The notes below the pieces were generated by a model. It was given only the letters and a program-made list of their open reading frames with translations, was not told the origin of the DNA and did not search any database. A stretch of 64,000 bases of DNA from Sumerlaeia bacterium (lineage in GTDB: Bacteria > Sumerlaeota > Sumerlaeia > SLMS01 > JAHLLQ01). Positions within the stretch are counted from its first letter, which is position 1. Every line of letters begins with the position of its first letter. The translations under genes and the position numbers were made by a program. The stretch lies in contig JAVJSW010000046.1 in assembly GCA_040219255.1 (NCBI GenBank), positions 32,001-96,000 on the forward strand. Reading direction: 5' to 3'. This document shows positions 9,744 through 19,214 of the stretch, piece after piece.

Positions 9744-10628
9744 CTAAGTCTCTTGCACAGAAGCCACCACGCGGAGCAACTGGTCCAGCTCGGCGCGGCT
9801 TCGCATGCCGACAGTCAGGCAGTCCAGCAGGCCGCACTCGATGGCGTGGCGGATGCCCTCTTCCACATCGGCGGCGCCCCGGATGGCGCCCGCCGCCAGG
9901 ATCTTCATCCCGATCACGCCGGCGCCGCGCTCCCGGAATTCCCCAAGCACGGACTTCACCGTTTCCAGGTCGCCGTCCATCTGGCGCTCCCACGGATTCA
10001 GCCGCGCCAGGTCCACCTCGACCCAGGGCTCGCGGGCGGCGGTGCGCAAGGCGCCCAGCGAGTGGCAACTGACGCCGTGGGCGCCGACGATCCCGTTGGC
10101 TTTCGCCTCCGAAAGCACGTCCATGGCGCCTCGGTGGCTCACGTTCCAGTCGGCGGAAACTTCGCAGTGGAGCAGCACCACATCGAGCCGGTCGGTGCCG
10201 ATTTCCTTGCGAAAGCGGTCGAGGTCGGCGCGCATTTCCGCCGCCGTTCGCGCGTGGGTCTTGGTCAGGATGAAGACCTTCTCGCGGGGGATCGTGCCGC
10301 CCCCGGAGGTCAGCGCCGCCCGCATGTGACCGTGCGATCCGTACTGATCGGCCAGATCGAAAAACGTCACGCCGCGGTCGTGGGCGTACTCCAGCAGTGA
10401 AACGAGTTCGCGGCGCCCCAGTTCCGTCTGCGCCGAGCGGCCGCCCCAGCCGTTGGTGCCGGTTCCGATGCCCAGCAGCGAGCAGCGCAGGCCGGTGGCG
10501 CCGAGGGTGCGCTCGGGAAGGCGATAGCTATCAAGGTCCGGGGCTTGCGCGTCGGCGGTCCGCAGGGCGGTTCCGCCAACAAGAAGACAGCCGAGGGTGC
10601 TGAGGAATCGGCGGCGGCTGATGGTCAT
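9744..10628 (-). CDS. Aldo/keto reductase with Tat signal peptide
   Basis: SRRRFL Tat motif; LGIGT, FDLADQYG (Asp/Tyr), LTKT (Lys), LLH (His); AAGGAG RBS before ATG at 10628. Confidence 0.88.
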   Translation of the reverse strand: MTISRRRFLSTLGCLLVGGTALRTADAQAPDLDSYRLPERTLGATGLRCSLLGIGTGTNGWGGRSAQTELGRRELVSLLEYAHDRGVTFFDLADQYGSHGHMRAALTSGGGTIPREKVFILTKTHARTAAEMRADLDRFRKEIGTDRLDVVLLHCEVSADWNVSHRGAMDVLSEAKANGIVGAHGVSCHSLGALRTAAREPWVEVDLARLNPWERQMDGDLETVKSVLGEFRERGAGVIGMKILAAGAIRGAADVEEGIRHAIECGLLDCLTVGMRSRAELDQLLRVVASVQET

Positions 10629-10819
10629 GGCGGGCTCCTTTCGGCGTATTTCAGACACAGTGTTTCCCGGGATTGGAGGAAAAGCAAGGTTCGTTCGAAT
10701 CGCGTGAGGCCCCGCGCGAGCCCGCGAGGGTGTGGAAAACCCCGTTGACGCCCCTATGACAACACGGAACAACGGCCACAGAATTCTGCCATTTTCAGGG
10801 AGTACACATTCCGTAAGTC

Positions 10820-11959
10820 ATGAAAATTCACGAGTATCAGGCCAAACAAATCCTGGCGAGCTATGGCGTTCCGACGCCCAAAGGCGAAGTCGCCGCCACC
10901 CCCCAAGAGGCCGAACGAGCCGCCACAGCGATCGGAACCTTTCCGGTCGTGATCAAGGCCCAGGTGCACGTGGGTGGCCGCGGTAAGGCCGGCGGCGTCA
11001 AGCTGGCCAAGAGCGCCGAGGAAGCCCGCGCCCACGCCGAAGCCATTCTGGGCATGGATATCAAGGGCTCGGTGGTGCAGAAGGTCCTCGTGGAGCCCGG
11101 CGCCGACATCAAGACCGAGATTTACCTGGGAATGATTCTCGACCGCGCCACGAAGTCGGCGGTCATCATGGCGTCCGCCGAGGGCGGCGTCGAAATCGAG
11201 GAAGTGGCCAAAGTCGCTCCCGAGAAGATCCTGAAGCTCTCGATCCCCCCGACGGTGGGCCTGCGTGGCTATCACGTCGTGCGCGTCGCTGAATTCCTCG
11301 ACATCCCCGCCTCGGGCTTCAAGTCCTTCCGCGCGATCCTCTCCGGCCTGGCCAAGTCTTTCTTCGAGAAGGATTGCTCGCTTGCGGAAATCAACCCGCT
11401 GGTCATCACCGGCTCTGGCGATGTGGTCGCTCTGGACGCCAAGATGAACTTCGACGACAACGCCATCGGGTCCCACCCGGACATCGAAGCGTTGCGCGAC
11501 GACGCGGAGGAAGAGCCTCTGGAAGTCAAAGCCCGCGAAAAGAAACTCAATTACGTCAAGCTCGATGGTCAGATCGGCTGTATCGTCAACGGCGCCGGTC
11601 TCGCGATGTGTACCATGGACGTGGTCAAGCACTTCGGCGGGTCGCCGGCCAACTTCCTCGACATCGGCGGTGGCGCCAAGGCCGAGCAGGTGGCCGACGC
11701 GCTCCAGCTCATCACCTCGGACAAAGCCGTGAACACCATCTTCGTCAACATCTTCGGCGGCATCGTGCGTTGCGATCTCGTGGCGGAAGGCATTCTGACG
11801 GCGCTGAAGATGCTGCCCGACTTCAACGTGCCGATCGTTATCCGCCTCTCCGGCACCAACGAAGCCGAGGCCCGCAAGATGCTGGAAGGCACGGAACTGA
11901 CCATGGCGGCCGACATGCCCGAAGGCGCCCAGAAAGCCGTGGCCATCAGCAAACGCTGA
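10820..11959 (+). CDS. sucC: Succinyl-CoA synthetase beta subunit
   Basis: MKIHEYQAK, KAQVHVGGRGKAGGV, NGAGLAM, PANFLDIGGG, NIFGGIVRCD. Confidence 0.97.
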   Translation: MKIHEYQAKQILASYGVPTPKGEVAATPQEAERAATAIGTFPVVIKAQVHVGGRGKAGGVKLAKSAEEARAHAEAILGMDIKGSVVQKVLVEPGADIKTEIYLGMILDRATKSAVIMASAEGGVEIEEVAKVAPEKILKLSIPPTVGLRGYHVVRVAEFLDIPASGFKSFRAILSGLAKSFFEKDCSLAEINPLVITGSGDVVALDAKMNFDDNAIGSHPDIEALRDDAEEEPLEVKAREKKLNYVKLDGQIGCIVNGAGLAMCTMDVVKHFGGSPANFLDIGGGAKAEQVADALQLITSDKAVNTIFVNIFGGIVRCDLVAEGILTALKMLPDFNVPIVIRLSGTNEAEARKMLEGTELTMAADMPEGAQKAVAISKR

Positions 11960-12053
11960 ACCCCGGTCCGGCCCTCACTGGGACGAGATTTTGTTTAATG
12001 ACGAAGTTCTACTGAGACGAGACACTCAATAACTTGTGTCTTACTCTAAGGTC

Positions 12054-12125
12054 AGCCCTCCCGCTCGCTTCCTTCAACAAGGAGCCTCCTGCTCAGGCCA
12101 CAGCGCGCGGCGAGCGGGACGGGCT
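12054..12125. repeat. REP/REPIN-like inverted repeat with internal hairpins
   Basis: AGCCC-TCCCGCTCGC (12054-12068) pairs with GCGAGCGGGA-C-GGGCT (12110-12125); lies between convergent sucC and rpsN. Confidence 0.45.
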
Positions 12126-12151
12126 CTTCCTCCCAAGGGAGAGTGCCCCCG

Positions 12152-12197
12152 CACACAAAGAAGAACCCCGCCTTCTTGGATGGAGGCGGGGTTCTTC
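12152..12197 (-). terminator. Intrinsic terminator of rpsN (possibly bidirectional)
   Basis: 14-bp perfect stem GAAGAACCCCGCCT (12160-12173) / AGGCGGGGTTCTTC (12184-12197); followed by TTTGTG on the minus strand. Confidence 0.7.
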
Positions 12198-12228
12198 GCG
12201 ATGATCTTGCCTCGAAGCGGAAGCGGCC

Positions 12229-12534
12229 TTACCAGCTCGACTTGGTAACTCCGGGGAGCTGGCCCTGATGGGCGAGGGCGCGGAACTGGTGGCGGCACAG
12301 GCCGAAGTCGCGAATGTAGGAGCGGGCGCGGCCGGTGATCACGCAACGATTCTTGATGCGGGTCGGGGACGCATCGCGGGGAAGGCTCTGCAGTTCGCGC
12401 TGGGCGGCGTAAGCTTCCTCGGGGGAGGTGCTTGCGTTCTTGATGATCGCCTTGAGAGCGGCGCGGCGGGCGCGGTAATGCTCCACCGTGCGAATGCGCT
12501 TCTTGTTGCGGGCGACTTGACTGGTCTTAGCCAT
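12229..12534 (-). CDS. rpsN: 30S ribosomal protein S14, long (101 aa) Zn-independent type
   Basis: [13 protein letters not shown]...[19 protein letters not shown]...FGLCRHQFR...LPGVTKSSW; GGAG RBS. Confidence 0.96.
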   Translation of the reverse strand: MAKTSQVARNKKRIRTVEHYRARRAALKAIIKNASTSPEEAYAAQRELQSLPRDASPTRIKNRCVITGRARSYIRDFGLCRHQFRALAHQGQLPGVTKSSW

Positions 12535-12855
12535 GTGATCTCCAAAAAATCGAGGGGGGTGAGGTGGTCTTCGCGGTTTCGAGGCAAAGGTCAAAACCTG
12601 GGGAAAACTCGCGGTTTTCCCTCATAGAGCGCCAAACCAAAGCGATAAAGCCCCCCTCGCGTCAAGCCCCGAATCTCGACACCCCCTCTTTTAATGGGCG
12701 CCCGCCCGCATCCGTCCCATCCTAGAGAACCGATTGACGTGGCCCTTCCTGTCACAAGACTGGACCGCAAGATCATAGGCTGGGGGGAATCCCCCATCTT
12801 CGCCGCAACGACCCCGGCGGCGGGCCAGCCGTCGTAAACCAGGAGAACCGATCCC

Positions 12856-15657
12856 GTGCCCCGGCAACTTACTTCTCGCCTTTTGTTGACCCTTCTGTTC
12901 TTCCAAGCCGCCTTGGCGGCGCCTCCCGCGGCCTTTGCCGGCGCCGAGTTCCAACTCGTTTCCTGGGAGCGGACCGAAAAAAACGATCGCGCCCAGGTCG
13001 CCGTCCAGTTCCGCACGGACTCCAGTCGTCAGGGCGCCTTCGCAGCCGAGCCCATTTTCCTCGATGACTTCCATGCCCGGGAAGCGGGAGCGTCCGTCGC
13101 CTATTCCATGCCGCAAGAGAGCCCCCGGCGCTCGTTTCTCCTGGCCGTCCCCGGCCTCGACCAAAGCCGCGAGTCCGGAGGCTGGAAGGCCAGCGCCCCC
13201 TGCGGAGACTGCGTTTCCGCCAAGGCCGTCCGCGTGGCCGGCGTCGATGCGTTGCAGGTGACGGTGGATGCGTCCAAGGCGAAGGACCCCGCCTTCGAAA
13301 TTTTGCTCTCCGGACCCGCTTCGGCGGGCAAATCGAACTCCGAAACGGAGGAATCGCCGGATTGGGTCCGGGCGCTCTTTCTCAATCCGGACGACGCCGG
13401 AATGACCGGCACGGCCGGGAAAGGCGGCGCTTCGAACCCCGCGCCTCCGGACCCGCCCGGGGACACCCGCGTCGCCTACGTCGAGGGCGACCGCGTGCTG
13501 CGCGTCTCCCTGGCGTCGCTTGGCTTGTCGCCGGGCGACCTGGGCACCGCGGCCTTCGTTCACCACGGAGACGTCTTGCCTTATGGCGGCGTTCTCGGGG
13601 GCGACGTCTGGCTTTACGCGCCACGCCGCGTCACGCTTTCGGACAAGCGCGACGCCATTTTCGCAGACGTCACGCCAGCGGCGCCGTCGCCGGCGATGCT
13701 CGAGATCCCAGCCTTCGACACTCTGACCGCCGCGAATGTGGAGGTGGAGCAGGAACGTTCACGCCTTTTCGAGGACAACTCAGGCCGTTACGAGCGCTTC
13801 CTGGACGCCCCGGCGGGCGAGCGCTTTGGCTTCTTCCGCATTCAGAACCCCGCCAACTCGACTTGGAAGGCCACGGAAACCATTTCGCTCGATATTTCCG
13901 ACGAACTGACCACGCCCGAACTGACCTACGAGATCCTCGCCTATGGCGTAAACCAGACCGTCGGCGTCAGTCCCGATCACGAGAACGAATTCACGGTGGC
14001 TGGCGAAGTTCTTCCGCTGCTGCGATGGGAAGGTCAGAACGCGGCGACGCTGACCGGCACCGTGGCGCTCGCCTCCCCGCCGACGCCCTCCGGCAGCATC
14101 TCCTTCGTCACCCGGGTGCTGGCGCCCGCAACGAACATCGACATTCAGGTGCTCGACAAAATCACGCTGGGCTGGACCGGCTATCCGCGGCTGAATCAGG
14201 CCGGCCTGGGGGAATTGGACCTGCCCGCCGCGGGTGCGCCACGCCTCGTCACCATCTCCGGTATTCCGGCGGGCACCGCCGCCGCCGACATCTACCTGCT
14301 CGATGTGACGGACTCGAAGACCCCGCGCCGCCTCACGGGCTTCAACCTCTTCACCGACGGCAGCGGTCTGGGCACTCTGGCGGCGGAATTCGAAGCTCCC
14401 GCCGCGCCGTCTCGGTTTTTCATCCAAACCGTCTCGACCTTTGAAACACCCTCGGAAATCGTCCCCGCCCGCAGCCTCCCCGCGCCGCTGCCGGTAACGG
14501 AAAAGCTGCGGCGCATCTACGTTCGTGACGACGCTCTGGCGGCGTCGCTGGCGCCTCTCGTGACTCTTCGGGGCGAGGGCACCCTCGCCTTCGATCCGGA
14601 AGCCGCCTACGACGTCTACGGCGGTGGTCAGCAATCACCGGAGGCCATCCGCCAGGCCCTGGCGCATTACATCACGACCGCCGCCGACCGCCTTCCCCTG
14701 CCAGTGGTCTTGCTGGTGGGCCACGGCTCCTATGACCGGAGGGATTACCTCGGTCTCCAGAGCGGGTTCCAGATTCCTCCCTTCGTCGAGGAAGGCTCGC
14801 TGACAACCCTCGGCACCGTGGAAGACTCGGTGGACCTGAGGTTCGGCCTGCTCGAAGGCGCCGACGACCTGATGGACGCCCAAGTCGGCCGCCTGCCGGT
14901 GAAGACGGCGCCCCAACTCGACATTGTCGTGGATCGGTTGCTGGACTATGAGGCGCTGGTCCCGGCGCTGCGCGAAGAGGACCGCCTTGGCCTGATCGTT
15001 CTCGACAACAATGACGGCGCCGGCGACTTCCAGGGCGACGGTCCGTACTGGATCGCCCAGTGGGAAACGACTGGCCGGCCCTCGCAGCTGCTGACGCTGG
15101 AAACACAATCCACCACCGCGGTCCGCAACGGCATCGACTCCGCCATGGAGGGCGCGGACGGCGGGGTGAACTTCGCGTTCTATGTAGGCCATGGGAATTT
15201 CAACACTTGGGCTGGGGAGCAAATCCTGACGCAAACCCTGATCGACAACATCGACACCCAGAACAAGTGGCCGATCGTGGCCACTTTCACGTGCCTGAAC
15301 CACTTCTTCGCATTCCCCGGTCTGCCGTCGCTTTCGCTCGGCGAGGCATGGATGCTGGCGACGCCGAACCGGGGGGCGGTGGCCAGCATCGCGCCCTGTG
15401 GTTTCGACGCCTATTCGAGCCATCTCCCGCTGGCGATCGGCATGGTGGATCAGTTCGCCTTGGCCCCCGGCGCCCGGCCGAAACGCATCGGCGAGTCCCA
15501 CACCCGCAACATGATCCAATACGCCCTCGATTACCCGTCGGAATCGCGGCTCAAGGTCGCCCGCAGCTACCTGCTCTTCGGCGATCCGGAGGTGGATTGG
15601 ACCATCGATCCGCCGAACGCGGGCCTGCAGTCACACTGGATGGTGTTGGGAGAATAG
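12856..15657 (+). CDS. Secreted peptidase C25 (gingipain/PorU-like) domain protein
   Basis: Signal peptide; LLVGHGSYD, VGRLPV, FYVGHG (catalytic His), TFTCLN (catalytic Cys), YLLFGDP; C-terminal tail NAGLQSHWMVLGE. Confidence 0.8.
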   Translation: MPRQLTSRLLLTLLFFQAALAAPPAAFAGAEFQLVSWERTEKNDRAQVAVQFRTDSSRQGAFAAEPIFLDDFHAREAGASVAYSMPQESPRRSFLLAVPGLDQSRESGGWKASAPCGDCVSAKAVRVAGVDALQVTVDASKAKDPAFEILLSGPASAGKSNSETEESPDWVRALFLNPDDAGMTGTAGKGGASNPAPPDPPGDTRVAYVEGDRVLRVSLASLGLSPGDLGTAAFVHHGDVLPYGGVLGGDVWLYAPRRVTLSDKRDAIFADVTPAAPSPAMLEIPAFDTLTAANVEVEQERSRLFEDNSGRYERFLDAPAGERFGFFRIQNPANSTWKATETISLDISDELTTPELTYEILAYGVNQTVGVSPDHENEFTVAGEVLPLLRWEGQNAATLTGTVALASPPTPSGSISFVTRVLAPATNIDIQVLDKITLGWTGYPRLNQAGLGELDLPAAGAPRLVTISGIPAGTAAADIYLLDVTDSKTPRRLTGFNLFTDGSGLGTLAAEFEAPAAPSRFFIQTVSTFETPSEIVPARSLPAPLPVTEKLRRIYVRDDALAASLAPLVTLRGEGTLAFDPEAAYDVYGGGQQSPEAIRQALAHYITTAADRLPLPVVLLVGHGSYDRRDYLGLQSGFQIPPFVEEGSLTTLGTVEDSVDLRFGLLEGADDLMDAQVGRLPVKTAPQLDIVVDRLLDYEALVPALREEDRLGLIVLDNNDGAGDFQGDGPYWIAQWETTGRPSQLLTLETQSTTAVRNGIDSAMEGADGGVNFAFYVGHGNFNTWAGEQILTQTLIDNIDTQNKWPIVATFTCLNHFFAFPGLPSLSLGEAWMLATPNRGAVASIAPCGFDAYSSHLPLAIGMVDQFALAPGARPKRIGESHTRNMIQYALDYPSESRLKVARSYLLFGDPEVDWTIDPPNAGLQSHWMVLGE

Positions 15658-15678
15658 CTCTGGGCGCCGGGCGCTCCG

Positions 15679-16929
15679 TCAGCTCCCCGCTTTGCCAAAG
15701 TCCGCCGCGTCGGTTGATTCCTGCGGCGGCGCGGCATCTCCATGGGGTTGGCCGTCCTGACCCTGCTGCTGTTGCAGGGCTTTCTGGCGGGCCGCTTCTT
15801 TCGATGGCGGCAGCATAGCGAGGCCCTCGCGCTGGCCGTCTTCGCCTTCGATGGAGACGATGCGGCGAATCTCGTCCTTCTTGAACCCGAGCGCCGTCGG
15901 GCAGTGCGTGTTCTGAATCGCCTGCACGTCGTAGAGTTCGATGACGACGCCCTCGAGTTCCATCCAGTGGGCCATGTCGCCGGTGCGCAGATCGACGACC
16001 ATCAAGCCGCAGCGCGCGTCCGTGTCTTTCTGCTTCAATTTTTCATCGAGCGGCAGGCCGGAGAAGGTGCGCTCTTTGCGGCATTTTGACATGCCCACGA
16101 TGGCGTAGTGGCCATGGAAGGCCAGTCCGCGCAGGTAGCCGGGGCAGAAGGCGACAGGCACGAACTTCTTCTGTTCCTTATCGACATAGCCCAACTCGCC
16201 TTCGCCGCTGTTCAGGACCCAAAGTTTGTCCTGGTACAAACGGGGCGAGTGAGGCATCGACAGGCCTTCGCAGACGACCTCGCCGGTGCGCACATCCATC
16301 ACGATGCCACCTCCGGTGCGGCGGTCGCGCCAGCCATGGTACACATCGGAGCGGCTGACGGCGGTCACGTAGGCCGGTTCGCCGTCTTCCATCGCGAGGC
16401 CATTGAGATGGCATCGGTCCTCGGGCACCAGCTTGCTGATGAAGGGCGGCTTCCAGATCGGCTTGAAACTGTGGTCTTCACTGAGCGTGGCCAGACAGCA
16501 GTAAGTCGTGCTGACGAAAATCGGGCGGCCGTTCTTGTCGATGGCGATGTCGTGCGTGTCGAGTTCGCCGGTGGTGTAGCCGACGCGGGGGACGTACAGC
16601 TTGTCGTAGGTTTTCTGGTAAACCTCACCGGGCGTCAGAATGTTCTGAAACTTCCAGATTTGGAAGCGGGTCGCCAGATACATCGTGTCGTCTTTGGAGT
16701 AGAGCCCCATGGCGCGGTCAAAGAGGCGCTCGAAGACCGAAAGGCGGCCGTTGGGCTTCACGCCCAGGAGGAACAGACGGCAGGATTGATAGGTGGTGAA
16801 CCCGATACTAAGCTTTTCTTCGAGAAGCCATTGGGCGAAATTGCGCGAGAAGGACGAGCGCAGCGGCGGCTCTTTCGGCTCGCTCGCGGCGGGCTGTTGA
16901 TTCGTTACGGCGGGGGCTTGATCGGTCAA
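15679..16929 (-). CDS. TIGR03032/DUF4915-family protein
   Basis: FTTYQ, FERLFDRAMG, TGELDTHD, PEDRCHLNGLA, LSMPHSPR, FCPGYLRGL. Probable TTG start at 16929; the ORF extends to 17106. Confidence 0.85.
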   Translation of the reverse strand: MTDQAPAVTNQQPAASEPKEPPLRSSFSRNFAQWLLEEKLSIGFTTYQSCRLFLLGVKPNGRLSVFERLFDRAMGLYSKDDTMYLATRFQIWKFQNILTPGEVYQKTYDKLYVPRVGYTTGELDTHDIAIDKNGRPIFVSTTYCCLATLSEDHSFKPIWKPPFISKLVPEDRCHLNGLAMEDGEPAYVTAVSRSDVYHGWRDRRTGGGIVMDVRTGEVVCEGLSMPHSPRLYQDKLWVLNSGEGELGYVDKEQKKFVPVAFCPGYLRGLAFHGHYAIVGMSKCRKERTFSGLPLDEKLKQKDTDARCGLMVVDLRTGDMAHWMELEGVVIELYDVQAIQNTHCPTALGFKKDEIRRIVSIEGEDGQREGLAMLPPSKEAARQKALQQQQGQDGQPHGDAAPPQESTDAADFGKAGS

Positions 16930-17136
16930 GGGTTCACCATCCCGGATGAGAATGAAAAGGGCACCGCGAGGGCGAATCGGCGGTCCGGTGGCTCGCCGGT
17001 TGCTCCGTGCCTGGGGGAGAGAGGCGCGAGTATGGGAGTTTTCCGAGCTTTCAGCGCAACCGGGAATTGACCCCCGGAATCGAATCGGCGGGAGTGACGA
17101 CCCCAACGATTCGTATCTGAAGGACTACGCGGCGGC

Positions 17137-18153
17137 ATGATTCATCAGGGACTCGAGTTTCACGGCATCGATTTTGTCGACGAAATCAACGACTCCGGCG
17201 GATGGCACCTTCGGCGCTTGCCACCCGAAGTTCATCGCCACCTCAACCCCGGGGCGAAGTTCCAGTACCTGACCCCGGCGGGGGCGGAAATTCGCTTCGT
17301 GCCCACCGGCAAGGGCTCGGTCAAACTCACGCTGTCGTCCCTCGACGCCGAACCGGTGCAGGTCTCCATCCTGTGGGGCGGGTTCGCCGAACTGGAGAGC
17401 TTCACGATCGAAACGGAGCCGACCGTCATCAAGCTCACGCTCCCCGAACGCTTCTCGGCCGTCACCGGCGAGGCCCGCGCCTCGATGTCCTTCTGTCCCC
17501 GGGTCTGCCGGGTCGTTCTCCCGACTTTCGGTAAGGTGGCGTTTCACAAGGCGGAGGGCGATTTCCGGCTGCCGCTTCAAGAAGAAAAGCCGCAACGGCG
17601 AGCCATTTTCTACGGCACTTCGATCACCCACGGGGCCAGCGCCACCCGGCCCTATCTGGCCTGGGCCTCGCTTCTGAGCCGATGGCTGGGGATGGACTGC
17701 TTGAACTATGGCACGGCCGGGTCGTGTCACATCGAACCCGAGATGTCCGATTTCATCGCCGGGCGGTCAGACTGGGACCTCGCCGTGTTCTGCATCAGCG
17801 TCAACCTGGTTGGAGACTTCAAACCCGCTCACCTGTTCGCCGAGCGGACCCGCTATCTTCTGGGAACCTGCCTTGCGGCTCATCCCAAGAAGCCCATCGT
17901 GGCGTTTTCGCCGCTGCCCTGGTGGCCGGATTTTTGCCCCGGATCGGAAGACTACAAGGCCCTTTGCGATCAATACCGCACCGTTCTGCAATCTATCGGC
18001 GAGGAATTGACTTCCCCCAACCTGCACATTTTCCACGGGCCCGACTTGCTGCGTGACGTGACTGGCCTGACGACCGACCTGCTTCATCCCTCGGACCTCG
18101 GCATGATCGAGATCGCGAAGCGGCTGGAAGAAAAACTCCGCCTGCTGGTCTAG
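17137..18153 (+). CDS. SGNH/GDSL-family hydrolase
   Basis: FYGTSITHG block I, NYGTAG, SVN, DLLHP block V. Confidence 0.85.
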   Translation: MIHQGLEFHGIDFVDEINDSGGWHLRRLPPEVHRHLNPGAKFQYLTPAGAEIRFVPTGKGSVKLTLSSLDAEPVQVSILWGGFAELESFTIETEPTVIKLTLPERFSAVTGEARASMSFCPRVCRVVLPTFGKVAFHKAEGDFRLPLQEEKPQRRAIFYGTSITHGASATRPYLAWASLLSRWLGMDCLNYGTAGSCHIEPEMSDFIAGRSDWDLAVFCISVNLVGDFKPAHLFAERTRYLLGTCLAAHPKKPIVAFSPLPWWPDFCPGSEDYKALCDQYRTVLQSIGEELTSPNLHIFHGPDLLRDVTGLTTDLLHPSDLGMIEIAKRLEEKLRLLV

Positions 18154-18215
18154 GCGGTCCTCGGCGGAGGCGCGCCAAGACGCAACGATCCACCTTTCGG
18201 GAAGGCAATGCGACC

Positions 18216-19202
18216 ATGAGACCGACCTGCACCTCGCTCCTCTGGGGCTTGGCCGGGATTTTATTCCTGGCCCTCGCCGGGCCCCTCCGCGCCCAATCGC
18301 CCACGACCTCCACTCTTCCCTCGGAACAGGAAACCCGCGCCGCCGCCGGGCGCATCCGTGCTTTCATCGGAAGCGAGATGTTCGGCCCCGGCGCGTTCGA
18401 AGTCCTCACCGTGGCGGAGGAAGCGCTGATCGAAAAGCACGCGGCGGGGGAGGCTTCCCTGGTGCGGCTGGAGGACCTATGGGCCCACGCGCTTCAGGAA
18501 GGGCTCGTGCTCTTCAATAACCCGGAAAAGCGGTGGGGCCGCACCACCGCCGAAGAAACCAGCGACATGATCGGCCAGACCACCATCGGGCCCTGGCAGA
18601 TGACCGTGACGAATATCCGCACGACTTACGGCCCGCGCTATGGGGTCGATCAGGCCTGGATGAACACGGAGATCTACGACTTCGTGCGCGGCTATCCGGA
18701 AATCCAGGCGAAGATGATCGCCGACTATATCCAATTGAGTTACGAGAAGTTCGGTGTGCGCTCACCCTATGCGATTCAGCGCTACTTCTGGCTCGAGCCC
18801 TACGTGCGCGGCGAGATCGGCCAGGCGGAAGACTGGACAAAAAGCCCCGTCGCCAAGCCCGGACCGGGTCAGACCTGGAAGGACCTGACCGCCGCCGACA
18901 AGGCCGACACGGGCTTCTACGCCAAGCAGGTGCTCCTCGGCACGCACTACACGAAGAGCGGCCTGCTGTTCTGGCTCCTGGTTACCGGCAACGAGGATGC
19001 CGCCCGCGAGGCGATACGCACCTGGCGCGATCACCGCCGCGTTGTGCTGGACCCGCGGAATGGCTACGTGACCACCGAGGTGCCGGGCGGCTTCGCGCTG
19101 AGCCCAGAGGACGTGCGGTTTGCCGACGGCCACCCGGAGATTCGCGAGCGGCTTCGCGCGCTCATTCGTGAGGAAAACGCGGCCGCTCTCGAAGAACGCT
19201 GA
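18216..19202 (+). CDS. Secreted hypothetical protein, possible lysozyme-like fold
   Basis: Signal peptide (LRA-Q); TIGPWQM resembles the GxxQ motif of lysozyme/transglycosylase folds. Confidence 0.55.
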   Translation: MRPTCTSLLWGLAGILFLALAGPLRAQSPTTSTLPSEQETRAAAGRIRAFIGSEMFGPGAFEVLTVAEEALIEKHAAGEASLVRLEDLWAHALQEGLVLFNNPEKRWGRTTAEETSDMIGQTTIGPWQMTVTNIRTTYGPRYGVDQAWMNTEIYDFVRGYPEIQAKMIADYIQLSYEKFGVRSPYAIQRYFWLEPYVRGEIGQAEDWTKSPVAKPGPGQTWKDLTAADKADTGFYAKQVLLGTHYTKSGLLFWLLVTGNEDAAREAIRTWRDHRRVVLDPRNGYVTTEVPGGFALSPEDVRFADGHPEIRERLRALIREENAAALEER

Positions 19203-19214
19203 TCGCTCGGCCCT

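Noticed and set aside
12010-12050. Hammerhead ribozyme core
   Set aside because: CTGAGAC does not match CUGANGA and there is no correctly placed GAAA.
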